DNA from: a virus
Virus record (IMG/VR): IMGVR_UViG_3300043399_000509
Length of the DNA stretch: 64,000 nt
Direction: 5' to 3' (one strand)
The translations under genes were made by a program, and so were the position numbers. Under the pieces are notes generated by a model, which saw nothing but the letters and a program-made list of their open reading frames with translations, was not told the DNA's origin and ran no database searches. Positions 40,483-49,398 of this stretch are shown here, piece by piece. Numbering within the stretch: the first letter of the stretch is position 1; the number at the start of each line of letters is the position of its first letter.

Positions 40483-40836
40483 TTAGAGATAGGCCGCACC
40501 ATAATGACCGAGTGCCTTGCCAATAGAATAGTCAGGCTCAAACACCGTGCCTCGAATGTGCTTTGCCGGAGCCTTCCAACTTGCGGCCTTGTAGATGTTA
40601 CCGGCAAGATCGATAAAGCAATACACACTCTTGCTATCAGAAGCATCTGCCCGCTCACGAACCAGCTTGATATACTTACGACCAACCTGTGCCGTGATCA
40701 CATCATAGTTACCATCAGCATAAAGTGACGGAAAAGTTTTCTTTTGATATTCCTTAACATACTTGTTAAGGGCAACAAGAAAATCCTTAAGTGCGACTTC
40801 CTTACCATCAGCATTTTTCATCACGAGATCAGTCAT
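40483..40836 (-). CDS. Conserved phage protein
   Basis: GRKYIKL...SVYCFID...GNIYKAASWKAPAK..RG; start trimmed. Confidence 0.7.
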   Translation of the reverse strand: MTDLVMKNADGKEVALKDFLVALNKYVKEYQKKTFPSLYADGNYDVITAQVGRKYIKLVRERADASDSKSVYCFIDLAGNIYKAASWKAPAKHIRGTVFEPDYSIGKALGHYGAAYL

Positions 40837-40866
40837 CTTTGTTCCCTCTCTCATCATCATGTAAGC

Positions 40867-40895
40867 ATCATAGCACGGGCTGGAATGAATGTCAA
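40867..40895 (-). promoter_or_regulatory. Early sigma70-type promoter
   Basis: TTGACA-17-TATGAT, extended TG. Confidence 0.8.
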
Positions 40896-41132
40896 GCACA
40901 TATTTTGATTATTAACACCAGCCTCGTTTGGGTATAATCTTAGTTGAAATTTCAACTACACCCTCGAAGACTTCTCTGTCAAAGTCTGAAATTTCTCTAC
41001 TTCCGTTTGAAAAGTAAATGTCGAGAAATTCAGCCTCTTTTTCTTCACTAATAACAAAGAACTCACTCCAACTTTTATATACGATTAGCATTAATCGTCC
41101 TCCACATATTCCAAAGCTTTCTGTATATAAGC

Positions 41133-41161
41133 ATCTTAGCAAATCAGTCGGAACTTGTCAA
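41133..41161 (-). promoter_or_regulatory. Early sigma70-type promoter
   Basis: TTGACA-17-TAAGAT, extended TG. Confidence 0.7.
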
Positions 41162-41196
41162 ACTAAAAATACTATGGTTGTATATCATCAGTTGTA

Positions 41197-41271
41197 TGGT
41201 GAACCCGGCTGGGATCGAACCAGCGACACACGGATTAAAAGTCCGATGTTCTACCACTGAACTACGGGTCC
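41197..41271 (-). tRNA. tRNA-Lys(TTT)
   Basis: Cloverleaf, CT-TTT-AA loop, GGTTCGATCCC, encoded CCA. Confidence 0.92.
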
Positions 41272-41280
41272 AAAATAAAA

Positions 41281-41359
41281 TGGTCTGGGTGGATGGATTT
41301 GAACCACCGATCTTCTGCTCCCAAAGCAGACGGATTAGACCAGACTTTCCTACACCCAG
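41281..41359 (-). tRNA. tRNA-Pro(TGG)
   Basis: Cloverleaf, TT-TGG-GA loop, GGTTCAAATCC, CCA. Confidence 0.9.
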
Positions 41360-41482
41360 AAAAAATTCATCACTTTTTCAGATCAGACTTATATACTGTT
41401 TCAACGTTAAGCCATACATTATCAGTATCGCTGAAATACTGGAGCCGACGCTCACCATCATAATCAATAAACCATCTTAGTT

Positions 41483-41734
41483 TCATTGAAGCGTCATCCC
41501 TCGCTTTGGTAAATCTTCTTCATTGAGAAGTTCAATTATAGTATCTTTAAAATTTGGATTTATAATATCATTGATGGATAAAATGGCTTCACAATAAGCA
41601 GTAGCAATTATTGCAAACAATTTGGGATCGGAACCATGATTGTAACACATTTTTTTAGTCGCATCAAACAAATCCTTTACAAGATTGTTTATAGATTCAA
41701 TCTCTTTTTTGTTAGTCTGATTCATGTAATCCAT
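41483..41734 (-). CDS. Hypothetical early protein
   Basis: Own promoter and RBS; N-terminus shared with 38928-39335. Confidence 0.6.
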   Translation of the reverse strand: MDYMNQTNKKEIESINNLVKDLFDATKKMCYNHGSDPKLFAIIATAYCEAILSINDIINPNFKDTIIELLNEEDLPKRGMTLQ

Positions 41735-41765
41735 GTCTTTGTTCCTCTCTCATCATCATGTAAGC

Positions 41766-41794
41766 ATCATAGCAAATTTCATGGAACTTGTCAA
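41766..41794 (-). promoter_or_regulatory. Early sigma70-type promoter
   Basis: TTGACA-17-TATGAT, extended TG. Confidence 0.8.
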
Positions 41795-41798
41795 GAGG

Positions 41799-42188
41799 CT
41801 AAAAACTTAATCCACTTGCATAACGAACCCTTCTATAATGTCTTCCATTACCTTTATTCTTGTTCTTATAAGTATCCGTCTGTGAATGGCAGTTTGGACA
41901 AATCAAACATACATTTTCTAGACTATTATCAGTATGATTACCATTTTTATGTTCAAGTTCTAACACAATAGGTTTCCCATTCCAACTATTAATGCCACAA
42001 ACAGAACATTCATTTTTTTGCTCCGTTAAATATCGTTTAACAGTTTTATGTGATGCTGTATTATTTGATACAGCATGTAACATTTCATATTCTTTCTGGC
42101 ACTTATTTGAACAATACTTTCCGGCTGTGTTGTATGATATTTTATATATATGGCAGTTTAAACATTCAAACTCTATCTTTTTAGGCAT
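41799..42188 (-). CDS. HNH homing endonuclease within the tRNA cluster
   Basis: KYCSNKC, CSVCG, LELEHKNGNHTDN..EN...ICPNCH. Confidence 0.85.
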   Translation of the reverse strand: MPKKIEFECLNCHIYKISYNTAGKYCSNKCQKEYEMLHAVSNNTASHKTVKRYLTEQKNECSVCGINSWNGKPIVLELEHKNGNHTDNSLENVCLICPNCHSQTDTYKNKNKGNGRHYRRVRYASGLSF

Positions 42189-42232
42189 TTAGGTCTCCGA
42201 AGTAACTGGTAGACCTATTTATATTTTTACCA

Positions 42233-42257
42233 TGCACTACCGCTGTGCTATTGTGGC
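42233..42257 (-). pseudogene. Truncated tRNA 5' fragment
   Basis: GCCACAA-TA-GCAC-AGCGGTA-GTGC-A: acceptor 5' strand and D-arm only. Confidence 0.6.
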
Positions 42258-42261
42258 AATC

Positions 42262-42335
42262 TGGCACCTGTGGTGGGAATTGAACCCACTCTTGCGGTTT
42301 TGGAGACCGCCGTGCTACCGTAACACTTCACAGAT
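42262..42335 (-). tRNA. tRNA-Trp(CCA)
   Basis: Cloverleaf, CT-CCA-AA loop, GGTTCAATTCC, CCA. Confidence 0.9.
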
Positions 42336-42339
42336 ATTT

Positions 42340-42427
42340 TGGTGGGAAATATAGGATTCGAACCTACTAAGCACAAAGGCAACAGATTTACAGTCTGCCG
42401 TGACTCTCCAACGTCAACCGCTTTCCC
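42340..42427 (-). tRNA. tRNA-Tyr(GTA)
   Basis: CT-GTA-AA loop, long variable arm, GGTTCGAATCC, CCA. Confidence 0.9.
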
Positions 42428-42435
42428 ATAAAAGC

Positions 42436-42607
42436 GTTTTGAGAGACAGGTAGGAAGCCACTCCTACTTTACCGAACTTGCAAGATTCCACCAAATGAGA
42501 TGGTCGGTAAATGATCCACTACAACAATGGTAGTGGATCAATGTGCTTTTGAAGTGTCCCGTCTACGCAGTACACAGGCCGCTATGCACACTTCTGTCTC
42601 TCAAAAC
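42436..42607 (-). ncRNA. Candidate structured ncRNA (multi-way junction)
   Basis: 14-bp closing stem GTTTTGAGAGACAG/CTGTCTCTCAAAAC enclosing four hairpins; first in the tRNA operon. Confidence 0.65.
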
Positions 42608-42624
42608 TCTCTCACATTCAAATC

Positions 42625-42653
42625 ATAGTACCAAACTCAATACCGCTTGTCAA
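42625..42653 (-). promoter_or_regulatory. Sigma70-type promoter for the ncRNA/tRNA operon
   Basis: TTGACA-17-TACTAT. Confidence 0.75.
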
Positions 42654-42656
42654 GTG

Positions 42657-42977
42657 TTATCGCACATCGGTATTGAGTTTGGGCTTCAACTCACGAATAA
42701 GCTCACGTTCAACTTCGTGGGCGGCAGACTTGCCACGTACAACCTGAACAACTTCTACAACGAAAGCGTCAGGACCGTACTTGCGGATGGCATCACAAAG
42801 ACGCCATGAGCGATCTTCTGCAAGTGCTCGTTGCACATGCTTACGCCAGCGGCGAGCCAAGGATTTCTTGGGGCTGGCTTGTTCCACGAAAGTCACACCG
42901 ATATAAACAAGGTTTTTGACCTGGAGTTTATAGACAATGTGGTTTCGGTCAGTTCGCTTTTTCCGTTTCATCACCAT
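42657..42977 (-). CDS. Small GIY-YIG nuclease-family protein
   Basis: IVYKL...YIGVT...RRW..H...AIRKYG...E.ELI...LN. Confidence 0.75.
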   Translation of the reverse strand: MVMKRKKRTDRNHIVYKLQVKNLVYIGVTFVEQASPKKSLARRWRKHVQRALAEDRSWRLCDAIRKYGPDAFVVEVVQVVRGKSAAHEVERELIRELKPKLNTDVR

Positions 42978-43209
42978 GAATACATATTAGCATACCCATA
43001 CCCGGAAGCAACTACTATTTGTGCATGGCTGGTATGCAATAATGCATGGCTTATATACAACAAAACTTGGCGTTTTCAATGGGACTGATATACAACTAAA
43101 CGGTGTTTATTGAACCGTGTATAGTTGTATATCATATGTTGTATATGAGTACAACCTGGGGTTGTAACTATCATGAGCACAACCCCAGGTTAAATGTATT
43201 AGCAACTAA

Positions 43210-43383
43210 TCATTTTCCAAAAAACTCGTCGTGCTCATCATAATCTGTTTGGTGTTCGCCCCAAACCTTTTTCCAGTTTTTGACTTGCCGCCGTCGTGGG
43301 CTGTCCTTCTTTTTGGCTGGACGGAAGTCCTCGTCATCATAATCATCATTGATGTCAAACTTACGAGTCTTGGAGTTTTTCAT
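43210..43383 (-). CDS. Small charged hypothetical protein
   Basis: MKNSKTRKFD...EFFGK read by hand; below ORF-track cutoff. Confidence 0.45.
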   Translation of the reverse strand: MKNSKTRKFDINDDYDDEDFRPAKKKDSPRRRQVKNWKKVWGEHQTDYDEHDEFFGK

Positions 43384-43421
43384 GGCGTATTATTTTACTT
43401 ACCTCTTTCTATGTGGTTGCT

Positions 43422-43853
43422 TTATGGTAGTAGATCGGGGAAGGCTTCCTTGACAATCTTATATGTCAGTCCCTTCACTTTTTGGTTTTTGAGAAGCATG
43501 TTCATAAAGATTTCTGCTTCTCGCTTTTCCAGTGCTTCCAGGATTTGAATCAAAATCTGTTCCTTTCTATCATAGGAAAGATTTGGATCAACCCGTGGAT
43601 TGTTTTCTTCAAACAAGTATGCTCTGCTTAGTTCTTGAGCAATGGTTGTGTATCCCATACCAACAGGGGCATCAGAGACACCATAGTATGGCACCTTCTC
43701 AATAACAAACTTTACATTGGGGTCAAATGTACCTTTCAATACACTTCTTAGTGTATAAGTTCCATTTGATCGTAGGACATTGATCTTATCTTGTTTGGAT
43801 GGTGCCATTTCAAACATATCAAAGATTTCATACATCATTTTGGTTTTTGTCAT
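43422..43853 (-). CDS. Conserved T4-like hypothetical protein downstream of rnh
   Basis: FDPNVKF...PY...RKEQILIQILEAL...EA...KGLT...AFP. Confidence 0.7.
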   Translation of the reverse strand: MTKTKMMYEIFDMFEMAPSKQDKINVLRSNGTYTLRSVLKGTFDPNVKFVIEKVPYYGVSDAPVGMGYTTIAQELSRAYLFEENNPRVDPNLSYDRKEQILIQILEALEKREAEIFMNMLLKNQKVKGLTYKIVKEAFPDLLP

Positions 43854-43865
43854 TTCTCTCTCACT

Positions 43866-44717
43866 TTAGAACTCATCAACAACTGATGCAAGTTCGCTCA
43901 ATCTGTTTTCAATAAGGTAGTTTAGCATTTTCATTTTTGTGCCTGTCTTGGCAACATCATATTCCTCTAAAATCTTGGTTGTCATTTCTGTTGGAATAAA
44001 GTCCAAATCAACCAATACCTGATTTCTCTTATAGTTCCTCAACATAACATCATTAGAACAAAAGTCGGCAGGGTCTTTTGTAATCCATTCTGCCAGTTTC
44101 TTGCTATTTATAGGTTTCTGTCTTTCTCCAATAACAAAAACATTGTCAGAAGATAGGAAGTTTGGCACTCCATCACCCCGATCACCACGAATAATATGTT
44201 CCTTGGTAAAGGCAACAGGATCATCTGTTGTGATAAATCGCCTTAGAATAGGGCTATATTGAGATACATTTGGGTATTTCTGCAACTGAACAAAATCATT
44301 GTCTGATGACAAGATCAGCATGTTCTCTTGCTGAGAATACTTCTTCACCAGAACAGCAATGATGTCGTCTGCTTCTGCACCCTCAACTTCCACAACACGG
44401 TATGGAAAATGTTCTTTCAACTCATCCCGTATCTTGTTTAGTGCCTCAAAGATTGCCACCCAATCAAAATCTGATTTATCACGATCTTTCTTTCGATGTG
44501 CCTTATAGAAAGGAAATACGTCCCGTCTCCAATACTTTTTACTATCACAGGCAATAACAATCGTTCCATACTTTGTTTTGAACTGCTGAATATATGAGCG
44601 GAGGGTATTTAGAACAATATGTCTAATCAGTCCTTCTTCAATCTTCATTTTTGGGTTGGAGTTGATCTGCTGCATCACACTCGCAATACCAGTTTGACTA
44701 AAATCCACAATAATCAT
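43866..44717 (-). CDS. rnh: RNase H (5'-3' exonuclease, FEN family)
   Basis: YWRRDVFPFYKAHRK, EADDII, SSDNDFVQL, GDRGDGVPN. Confidence 0.92.
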   Translation of the reverse strand: MIIVDFSQTGIASVMQQINSNPKMKIEEGLIRHIVLNTLRSYIQQFKTKYGTIVIACDSKKYWRRDVFPFYKAHRKKDRDKSDFDWVAIFEALNKIRDELKEHFPYRVVEVEGAEADDIIAVLVKKYSQQENMLILSSDNDFVQLQKYPNVSQYSPILRRFITTDDPVAFTKEHIIRGDRGDGVPNFLSSDNVFVIGERQKPINSKKLAEWITKDPADFCSNDVMLRNYKRNQVLVDLDFIPTEMTTKILEEYDVAKTGTKMKMLNYLIENRLSELASVVDEF

Positions 44718-44731
44718 TTATGTAATCTTTC

Positions 44732-45100
44732 TCACTCGTCGTCTTCTGGGTTATCTGTATTTTTTACCTTGTCTGTGATTTCTTTGACTTCGGCCAGAGA
44801 TACATTTTCATCAATGAATTTATGAAAGTGATGTTCGACACCAACTGAACGATAGACCAGTGCAGATAGAATAGCACACATAAAGTAGAAGTCTTTGGTG
44901 AACTCGTCACTCTCGGTATCCACACCAAAGTTCTCTAACTCAAACAAAATAAGGTCAGACATTTCTGCTGTGATTGTGTCTGCAAAGTTTTGAATACTCT
45001 TTTCCTTCATCTTATTGACAGCATCAATATTCAGGGAAGTATCCCGTACAATCTTACTCTTTGGAAAGGCAACAACATTGGTTTCAGTATTGGATGTCAT
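44732..45100 (-). CDS. Hypothetical protein
   Basis: NVVAFPK motif; operon context. Confidence 0.6.
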   Translation of the reverse strand: MTSNTETNVVAFPKSKIVRDTSLNIDAVNKMKEKSIQNFADTITAEMSDLILFELENFGVDTESDEFTKDFYFMCAILSALVYRSVGVEHHFHKFIDENVSLAEVKEITDKVKNTDNPEDDE

Positions 45101-45101
45101 T

Positions 45102-46247
45102 TTATTTCACCACTTTGATTAGAACTGTGTCTGTATTTATTCGACCAGAGGCTTGCTTTTCCACGGCCTTGATGTCTTCCATGATCTTACGTAGTGCCAG
45201 CTTACCACCAGAGAGCACCTTTGGCAATACATCTTTTGGCTTGCGTAGCGTTTTGGTTATGGAAGTCTTTTCATCAAAGCCAATAATAGTTGTTCCCTTC
45301 ACGATTAAACCTGTAGGGCCAATAGCATTGAACACGCTAAGGCGGCGAGTGCTAACATTGAATACCCAGGCTTGTTGTGATCCAATGATAGTAGCAGGGC
45401 TAATAGAAGTAAGGTTATAGGTATCATCTTTTTCCTTGTACTTCAACTTCTCTACCAAAGCAGTAGCAGGCTTTTCTTTCTTCTTACGAGGCTTACGAGA
45501 TACCTTTGTGACAGTTGAAAATGTCTCTGATGTTGAAATGATACCCTTGACAAACTCCACATACTTTTTTAGGGCAGACTTTTTCCAACCCTTGTATGCT
45601 TCCTTTAGATCATCATCCTTGCCTGTGTAGGCATCATACAACTCAGAGTAAAGTGGACGATAGTATTCTGCAACCTTTTTTGCGATTGCGGGCTTGATAT
45701 TCTTGGCTCGCATCCAAGCAGATGCATCAAAGTCGGGCACTCCTGAAAGAATGAACTTATCAAGCTCCTCCTCCAAGGCAGAGATTACATCTGTTGCCTT
45801 GGATTCAACCCGACTTTGAATAGAGATTACAGGTGCAATCTCAACATCTTCTTCCTGCTTTTGTTCAGGTGCAGCCACACACAAAGCATCAAGAGTAGAC
45901 CACATCTTGGTCTCAATCTGCTCTGGTAGTGTGCCACCACGAGTAAGATTGCGAAAACCCCAACCAGTGGTACGAAGCTTGTTAGCATCGACCTGTGGAA
46001 GTGCTTTCAAATATGCCTTGAACTTTTTGGTTGTGGCTGGGTCTGTACTGCTATCCTTTACTTTGGACTTGAGATATTCGATGACATATCTCTTGGCATC
46101 TTCGGAGTCGTTATTATAGTTATACCAGTTATAAAACCGAATGATGTCAAGATTAGAAGAGTTGGTACTAATCGTTGGTTCAGAGCCAAAATGCTTCTCA
46201 TTGATAAGCGAGTCCTTAGCCCGACTTAGATTTTTTGATCTCTTCAT
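45102..46247 (-). CDS. Conserved hypothetical protein
   Basis: NWYNY, DLKEAY, VFN..TRRL, VKGTTI, KTLRKP, GRIN motifs; start trimmed. Confidence 0.7.
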   Translation of the reverse strand: MKRSKNLSRAKDSLINEKHFGSEPTISTNSSNLDIIRFYNWYNYNNDSEDAKRYVIEYLKSKVKDSSTDPATTKKFKAYLKALPQVDANKLRTTGWGFRNLTRGGTLPEQIETKMWSTLDALCVAAPEQKQEEDVEIAPVISIQSRVESKATDVISALEEELDKFILSGVPDFDASAWMRAKNIKPAIAKKVAEYYRPLYSELYDAYTGKDDDLKEAYKGWKKSALKKYVEFVKGIISTSETFSTVTKVSRKPRKKKEKPATALVEKLKYKEKDDTYNLTSISPATIIGSQQAWVFNVSTRRLSVFNAIGPTGLIVKGTTIIGFDEKTSITKTLRKPKDVLPKVLSGGKLALRKIMEDIKAVEKQASGRINTDTVLIKVVK

Positions 46248-46539
46248 ATTCTTTCTCAAAGTCCGAGAAACTATATTCCTTGAAGTCTGTGATAAGGTTT
46301 GTGCCATATTCTGTCCAGCCTATATCATCTTCCATATTGGATGCAGCATCCCATGCCTCATCCAGCGATTCATACACAACACTTGTAGCATAGACTTCCA
46401 CGATTGTCAATATGTTTGGTGTCCAGGTTTTATCTGCAACATTATATTCTTCAAAGATAGCAGTCACATTTTGCATATGTGCTATGCGAAATTGTGGACC
46501 CTTGGTTTGTAAAACATAAACACCATTATCTGCCGACAT
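46216..46539 (-). CDS. Hypothetical protein
   Basis: MSADNGVYVL...TEYG motif. Confidence 0.6.
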   Translation of the reverse strand: MSADNGVYVLQTKGPQFRIAHMQNVTAIFEEYNVADKTWTPNILTIVEVYATSVVYESLDEAWDAASNMEDDIGWTEYGTNLITDFKEYSFSDFEKEYEEIKKSKSG

Positions 46540-46671
46540 ATTTCTTTTCCTCTTACTGTTTATTATCTGCTGCTTGCATATCTTTCAACCAAGACTTCCA
46601 CACATCTTTTCCCTTTGCCTTACCGAACTTATTTTGAAGGCGAATCTTTTGACGGTTTGAATCCAACTTTG

Positions 46672-46923
46672 TCATTTATCATTATCTCCTACTCTTGATT
46701 TTAGTGCCTTTAGAATAAAATCTTTCTTGTCTACTCCATCAGGTATTTCCAGGCAATCACCCAAAACAACATCAGTTGATGTTGCTACTTGTGTTAGTTC
46801 ATTATATAGTGTTGTGCCCTTTGCTCGGCACTCGTGAAAATTCTGGTATGCACTTGGATCAACATATACTTCACAAGTAAAGTTCAAGGTGCTACATAGA
46901 ATAAAACCTGCTGTAAAACTCAT
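46672..46923 (-). CDS. Hypothetical protein
   Basis: ORF in operon context. Confidence 0.5.
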   Translation of the reverse strand: MSFTAGFILCSTLNFTCEVYVDPSAYQNFHECRAKGTTLYNELTQVATSTDVVLGDCLEIPDGVDKKDFILKALKSRVGDNDK

Positions 46924-46934
46924 ATTTCTAATCC

Positions 46935-47186
46935 CTATGAATAACTGATACTCCTGATTGAGTCCAGCCTAAATGATCGCCAATTATTATTATCTATATC
47001 CCATACAACAAGCACATCCTCATTTTCCTTTTTGGATGATTCTGTGATGTATTCTGGTAGATAATCTTCCAGTAGCGTGCATCGCATCTGTCTTAGGCTA
47101 CCATCAGATTTCTCAAACACAACAGTCATAATATGGCTTTGAAGATTGCTCTTTAGACTTTCTTGTTCTAACATAACTTCAGTCAT
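46935..47186 (-). CDS. WYL-like/Sm-like SH3 beta-barrel protein
   Basis: VVFEKSDGSLRQMRCTL...VWD....WRSFRLD. Confidence 0.75.
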   Translation of the reverse strand: MTEVMLEQESLKSNLQSHIMTVVFEKSDGSLRQMRCTLLEDYLPEYITESSKKENEDVLVVWDIDNNNWRSFRLDSIRSISYS

Positions 47187-47189
47187 TTT

Positions 47190-47450
47190 TTATCGTCCCC
47201 TGTTATTTTCTAGGATAGCCTCAATAACATCTTTGTGTTGGTCTATTATATGGAAAGTGTAATCTTCCATTAGATACGCACAACATAATCCAATAATCAA
47301 AATATTTATGTCAGTGATTACTCCCAAGGCATAAAAAAGTGTGCCAATAACTCCAAGTATATACACGAAGTTTATTGTAAAGAATATTGTTGCCATTAGA
47401 TATATAATGGTTTTGCCATTTTCTTCAATGAACTTTTTCATTTTAGGCAA
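47190..47450 (-). CDS. Small membrane protein
   Basis: Two hydrophobic segments. Confidence 0.55.
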   Translation of the reverse strand: MPKMKKFIEENGKTIIYLMATIFFTINFVYILGVIGTLFYALGVITDINILIIGLCCAYLMEDYTFHIIDQHKDVIEAILENNRGR

Positions 47451-47688
47451 TCTCCAAATATACTCTTAGGTCTTCATATCCACCAATACGAATACCATCA
47501 AATCTAAAAATCTGTGGTACTGTTGGTTTGATATCTGGTCCTAATATAGCACAAAGGTCTTCCTTTGTAAAGTCCTCATTGAATATTTTTTCTACATATT
47601 GAATATGTAGGTTTTCAAGGATTGCCTTGGCTTTATCACACCAAGGGCAATCTGGTTTAGAGTATATTATCATTTTCATACTATTCAT
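47443..47688 (-). CDS. nrdC: Glutaredoxin
   Basis: CPWC, TVPQIF, IGGYED. Confidence 0.9.
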   Translation of the reverse strand: MNSMKMIIYSKPDCPWCDKAKAILENLHIQYVEKIFNEDFTKEDLCAILGPDIKPTVPQIFRFDGIRIGGYEDLRVYLEIA

Positions 47689-48578
47689 TCATTTGATCCC
47701 TAACTTCATCCCTAGCTTTATGGTAGACTTGATCCCTGACTTGATCCTCGACTTGAGACATGACTTGATCCAAGACTCGATCCCAGACTTGAATCCCAAC
47801 ACGATCCCAGGTTTGATTACAGAGTTGATCCCTGATTTGGTCCCATAATTGAAACCTGACTTGATCCCTGATTTGGTCCCATAATTGAAACCTGACTTGA
47901 TCCCAGACTTCACCTTCAACTTGGCTTTCAACTTGAAACCTGACTTGACCATCGGCTTCATTCCAGACTCGATCAAAGACTTGATCAAAAACTTTAGGTG
48001 CAACTTGATCTTTCATACTATTCATTTATTTGGTACCTGACTTGATTTCTGACACAATCATAGATTTGATCGTGGATTCGATTCCTAACTTGAATACTAA
48101 TTTCAGTATTGACTTGTTGATGGACCTGATCCCAGGCTTGATCACTAACTTTATCCCCAACTTGATCCCAGACTTGATTATAGACTTGAGTGTCTATTCG
48201 TTTTTTCATACTATTCATTTAGTTTCATCCCGAACTTGATCTTGGACTGGAACTAAGGCTTGAGGACATATTTGATTTCTCACTTGAACAGTGAGTTCCC
48301 AACCTTGATCCAAGACTCGATCCCAGACTTGAATCCCAACACGATCCCAGGTTTGATTACAGAGTTGATCCCTGACTTTGTGTTTCACACTATTCATTTA
48401 GTTGATCCTTCATTTGAGACCTAACTTGATCTCCAACTTGAACCCATACCTGATCATCAACTGGAGTCCAGATATATGTATCAACCTGAGACATTACACG
48501 AAGATAAACATGATCTCTGATTTGATCCTCAATCTCATTCCAGATGTCAGCATCAATTCGTCTATCCACACTATTCAT
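47681..48578 (-). repeat. QV-repeat mini-gene block A: 48390-48578, 48215-48397, 48018-48218, 47681-48025
   Basis: Four coupled ORFs, each starting MNS, with Q-V-X-Z periodicity. Confidence 0.85.
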
Positions 48579-48582
48579 TTTA

Positions 48583-49398
48583 TCAAACCTCAAAATAAGT
48601 ATCAGGGTTGAAGTGCGTTGCTATGCTTTCATACCCTTCATAACCACGAGCATTAGATACAAGTGTGGTTTCACCAATCTCAAACTTTGACTGAATGTGA
48701 GTATGACCAAACACCCAATACTTTACCTGTGGTCTATCCATAATGAACTCATCAAGGGCACTCGCATAACCAGCATCAAGGTGATTACCACCGTGATAAG
48801 GATTGATTCCTTTGTATGTGGGTGAATGATGTGTTACCACCACACAGTTCTTGTGCTTGTTTGCTTCCAGTTCTGTTGTTAGAAACTCCATTGTCTTTGT
48901 GTGCTTTTCATAGGCGTGCTTTGTAAAAAACCTATCCTTGCCGATTTCAATGTAATGAAAATCATTCATACCAGCACCAACAGCCCGATGTGCCAATGGA
49001 TCGTCTTTATTCATATCAGTCCATAGAGTGCCACCAAGCACAACTGTACTATCATCCAAATGATATGACGAATCATTCAGGTGAATTACACCCGGCAGAT
49101 ACTTCTCAATATACTCTGCTTCAAGGTTGATGTCAAACCCATATGACTCGTGGTTGCCAGTCACATAGAACACTCGCTTGAAGTTTTCACGGACGATATT
49201 GAAAAATGTTAGGGTGCGATCCCGTAGTTTTCTGTTCCGGGCATCAGTCATCCTTGGATTTAGTGCCCTCAACAAAGTGATGTCGCCAGCCAAAATGAGA
49301 TTGTCACCAGAGATTGCCATAAATCTTGGTGAAGCAAAAAATCTTGGTGAAGCAAACTCAATGTGTAGGTCAGACATATAATAGAACTTGTGTGTCAT
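48583..49398 (-). CDS. Calcineurin-like metallophosphoesterase
   Basis: SDLH, AGD, GNHE, THHSP, GHTH motifs; 18-bp tandem duplication at 49321-49356. Confidence 0.9.
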   Translation of the reverse strand: MTHKFYYMSDLHIEFASPRFFASPRFMAISGDNLILAGDITLLRALNPRMTDARNRKLRDRTLTFFNIVRENFKRVFYVTGNHESYGFDINLEAEYIEKYLPGVIHLNDSSYHLDDSTVVLGGTLWTDMNKDDPLAHRAVGAGMNDFHYIEIGKDRFFTKHAYEKHTKTMEFLTTELEANKHKNCVVVTHHSPTYKGINPYHGGNHLDAGYASALDEFIMDRPQVKYWVFGHTHIQSKFEIGETTLVSNARGYEGYESIATHFNPDTYFEV

